64,000 bases of DNA from Malacoraja senta (lineage: Eukaryota): the NCBI GenBank assembly GCA_038087875.1, contig CM075985.1:25544001-25608000 (forward strand), written 5' to 3'. How positions within the stretch are numbered: the first letter of the stretch is position 1; each line of letters opens with the position of its first letter. This document shows positions 62,266-64,000 of this stretch, in pieces. Below the pieces are notes generated by a model that was not told where the DNA came from, did not search any database, and saw only the letters and a list, made by a program, of their open reading frames with translations. A program made the position numbers and the translations under genes.

Positions 62266-62810
62266 TTGTCTAAAAACAGGAATGCTATGGTATGAAATTT
62301 AGTTCAGTGATAAGTAGCATGTTGAGATACAAACAGTTCTAGAGAGCATGAGACCATTTAGTATTTTCATTTAGCTAATTCATTTAGTTTTTTCACCCTG
62401 GTCATTCCATCTTTTTCCCTCTCCTGTCAGGCAGAAGATACAATAGCTTGAAAGCATGTACCACCAGGCTCAGGACAAGTTTCTTCCCCTCTGTTATCAG
62501 ACTACTGAACAGTCCTCCCATAAGATAGGGTGTAGTCCTGATCTTCCAACCTATCTCGTTGTGGACATTGGACCTTTTACTTTGGAACTGTATTGCTACA
62601 AAGCTGTACAACTATATGCTGCCCTCTGATAATTTTCCCTTTGCACTACCTGGTGTGCCTGTGTATAGCTTGATTGTAGTCATATGTTATATGGTCTGAT
62701 TTAATTGAATAGCATGCAAGCAAAAGCTTTTCACCATATCATGGATCAAGATTAGGCAACATATTAGCATATTTTTGTTTTACCTTGTGAAGAATCATTT
62801 GAACAACTTA

Positions 62811-63095
62811 AACCCCTGTCTCATGGTGCGAGTCCACCCATGAGAGATCCCGATTAAAACAAATCAAACTCGTGGTAATCACGTAGAATTAACGTACCGG
62901 GAACGTCGGAACTTGTAACGTTAACGGCAGGTATTCGGGAAACTTGTTAACTCGTGAAAATCTTTCAAAATGATGAAAGATTTCCACGAGTCAAATTTAC
63001 TCTTGAAGTAAAAATTTAAAACTTTTAAACTCGTTGTAAGTATGTAGTAGCCCGTGAGTTTACCGTAGTGACTCGTGAGTCTACCGTGGGCACTC
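62811..63095. mobile_element. Left part of a Harbinger-like MITE
   Basis: TTA|AACCCCTGTCTCA terminus, exactly where homology to copy 1 stops; CpG-rich. Confidence 0.55.
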
Positions 63096-63241
63096 TTTAA
63101 CTCAGCAGGACAGGCAGCATCTCTGGAGAGAAGGAATGGGTGACGGGATGACGTTTCCAAAATTCTGCTGCGTCTTTGTGTTACTCCAGCACTGTGTGTT
63201 CAATTTTTTGTCAACCAGCATCTGCCCTTTCTTGTGTATGA

Positions 63242-64000
63242 CATTATTTGTATCCGTGGCAGTTGATTGTCGCACCCTTCAGTTTCCCAGGGGGTCGGGA
63301 CCGGGGGGGGGGGGAGATGCTGTTATATCCGAGAACTGCTCCAGATGAACTCCTGGATTTGATTTTTTTTTCCTCCCGGGGGTAAAAGAAAAAACAAATG
63401 CACTTAAAGCACCAGGGGTGGGGTAGAGGCGTACGACCAACGAACGGGGCGATATTATCCAGAATTAGTAAAATAAAACAAAAATTGGAGTACTGAATAA
63501 TGGCACAGATTTGAGAGGTGCAGGAAGGAACTGCAAATGCTGGTTTAAACCGAAGATAGGCTCAAAAAGCTGGGGGTAACTCAGCGAGAAAGGCAGCATC
63601 TCTGGAGAAAAGGAATGGGCGAGATTTTGGGTCGAGACCCTTCTTCAAACTGCAGTCAGCAGTCGCCTAGTCCATTTCTCCAGAGATGCTGTCTGACCCG
63701 CTGAATTACTCCAGCTTTTCGTGTCTCTCTACGGATTTGAGAGAGTGAGATTCACTGCCTGACATTGTCGGTATATTAAATGTACAAGAGTCGTTTCACA
63801 TGACTGTAGTCAAGGATCAGCAGCATACCAATAGTCCGATTATTGTAGCGGTGTAGCAAAGACATCTCTGCTGTCCGATTTTGGTGTTTCATATATTTGT
63901 TCTTCCCCCCTCCCCCCTCCCCCCACCGTTCCCTCCCAACTCCAGTCCTGTCCCGACCCCCTGGGAAACTGAAGGGTGCGACAATCAACTGCCACGGATA
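63242..64000. mobile_element. Non-autonomous TIR element nested in Penelope remnants
   Basis: Perfect 51-bp inverted repeat at 63251-63301 and 63950-64000, running off the window edge. Confidence 0.75.

Larger units (their letters stand above)
53125..62808. repeat. Duplicated D4-assembly segment, copy 2
   Basis: Collinear with 18750-28365 at an offset of ~34.4 kb. Confidence 0.95.

Noticed and set aside
53125-62808. Copy 2 as a separate tandem mucin gene or a pure assembly artefact
   Set aside because: It has no CTCK, stop or polyA of its own, it has a phase-compatible link to the PTS exons, and it shows many independent substitutions, indels and copy-specific TEs. Not fully excluded without raw reads.

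Overview
Eukaryotic, AT-rich genomic DNA, probably from a cartilaginous fish such as a skate or ray (inferred from the repeat families). The main feature is the 3' part of a gel-forming (MUC2/MUC5-family) mucin gene on the minus strand, mostly missed by the ORF track. By hand I assembled 43 GT-AG exons between 61139 and 10453 into one open frame of 4326 nt (1441 aa plus stop). The domain order is [D4N/VWC-like, VWD, C8, TIL] copy 2, then a Thr/Ser-rich PTS domain built from 23 symmetric phase-1 micro-exons (36-63 nt), then CysD (WxxW), [D4N, VWD, C8, TIL] copy 1, one short VWC, CTCK, stop and AATAAA. The 5' part of the gene lies beyond the right edge of the window. The locus was built by nested duplications: a ~9.6-kb module repeated at a ~34.4-kb offset, and ~4.2-4.6-kb units each carrying six micro-exons. 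Introns and flanks hold CR1 and Rex1-type LINE fragments, tRNA-derived SINEs, Penelope remnants with degenerate hammerhead cores, Harbinger-type MITEs, a decayed hAT element, a DIRS remnant and non-autonomous Helitrons. One Helitron (two copies) carries an exon-1 fragment of HTRA2. There are two assembly gaps (1027-1634 and 51090-51259). Exon coordinates were counted by hand and checked for phase; repeat boundaries are approximate unless termini are quoted.
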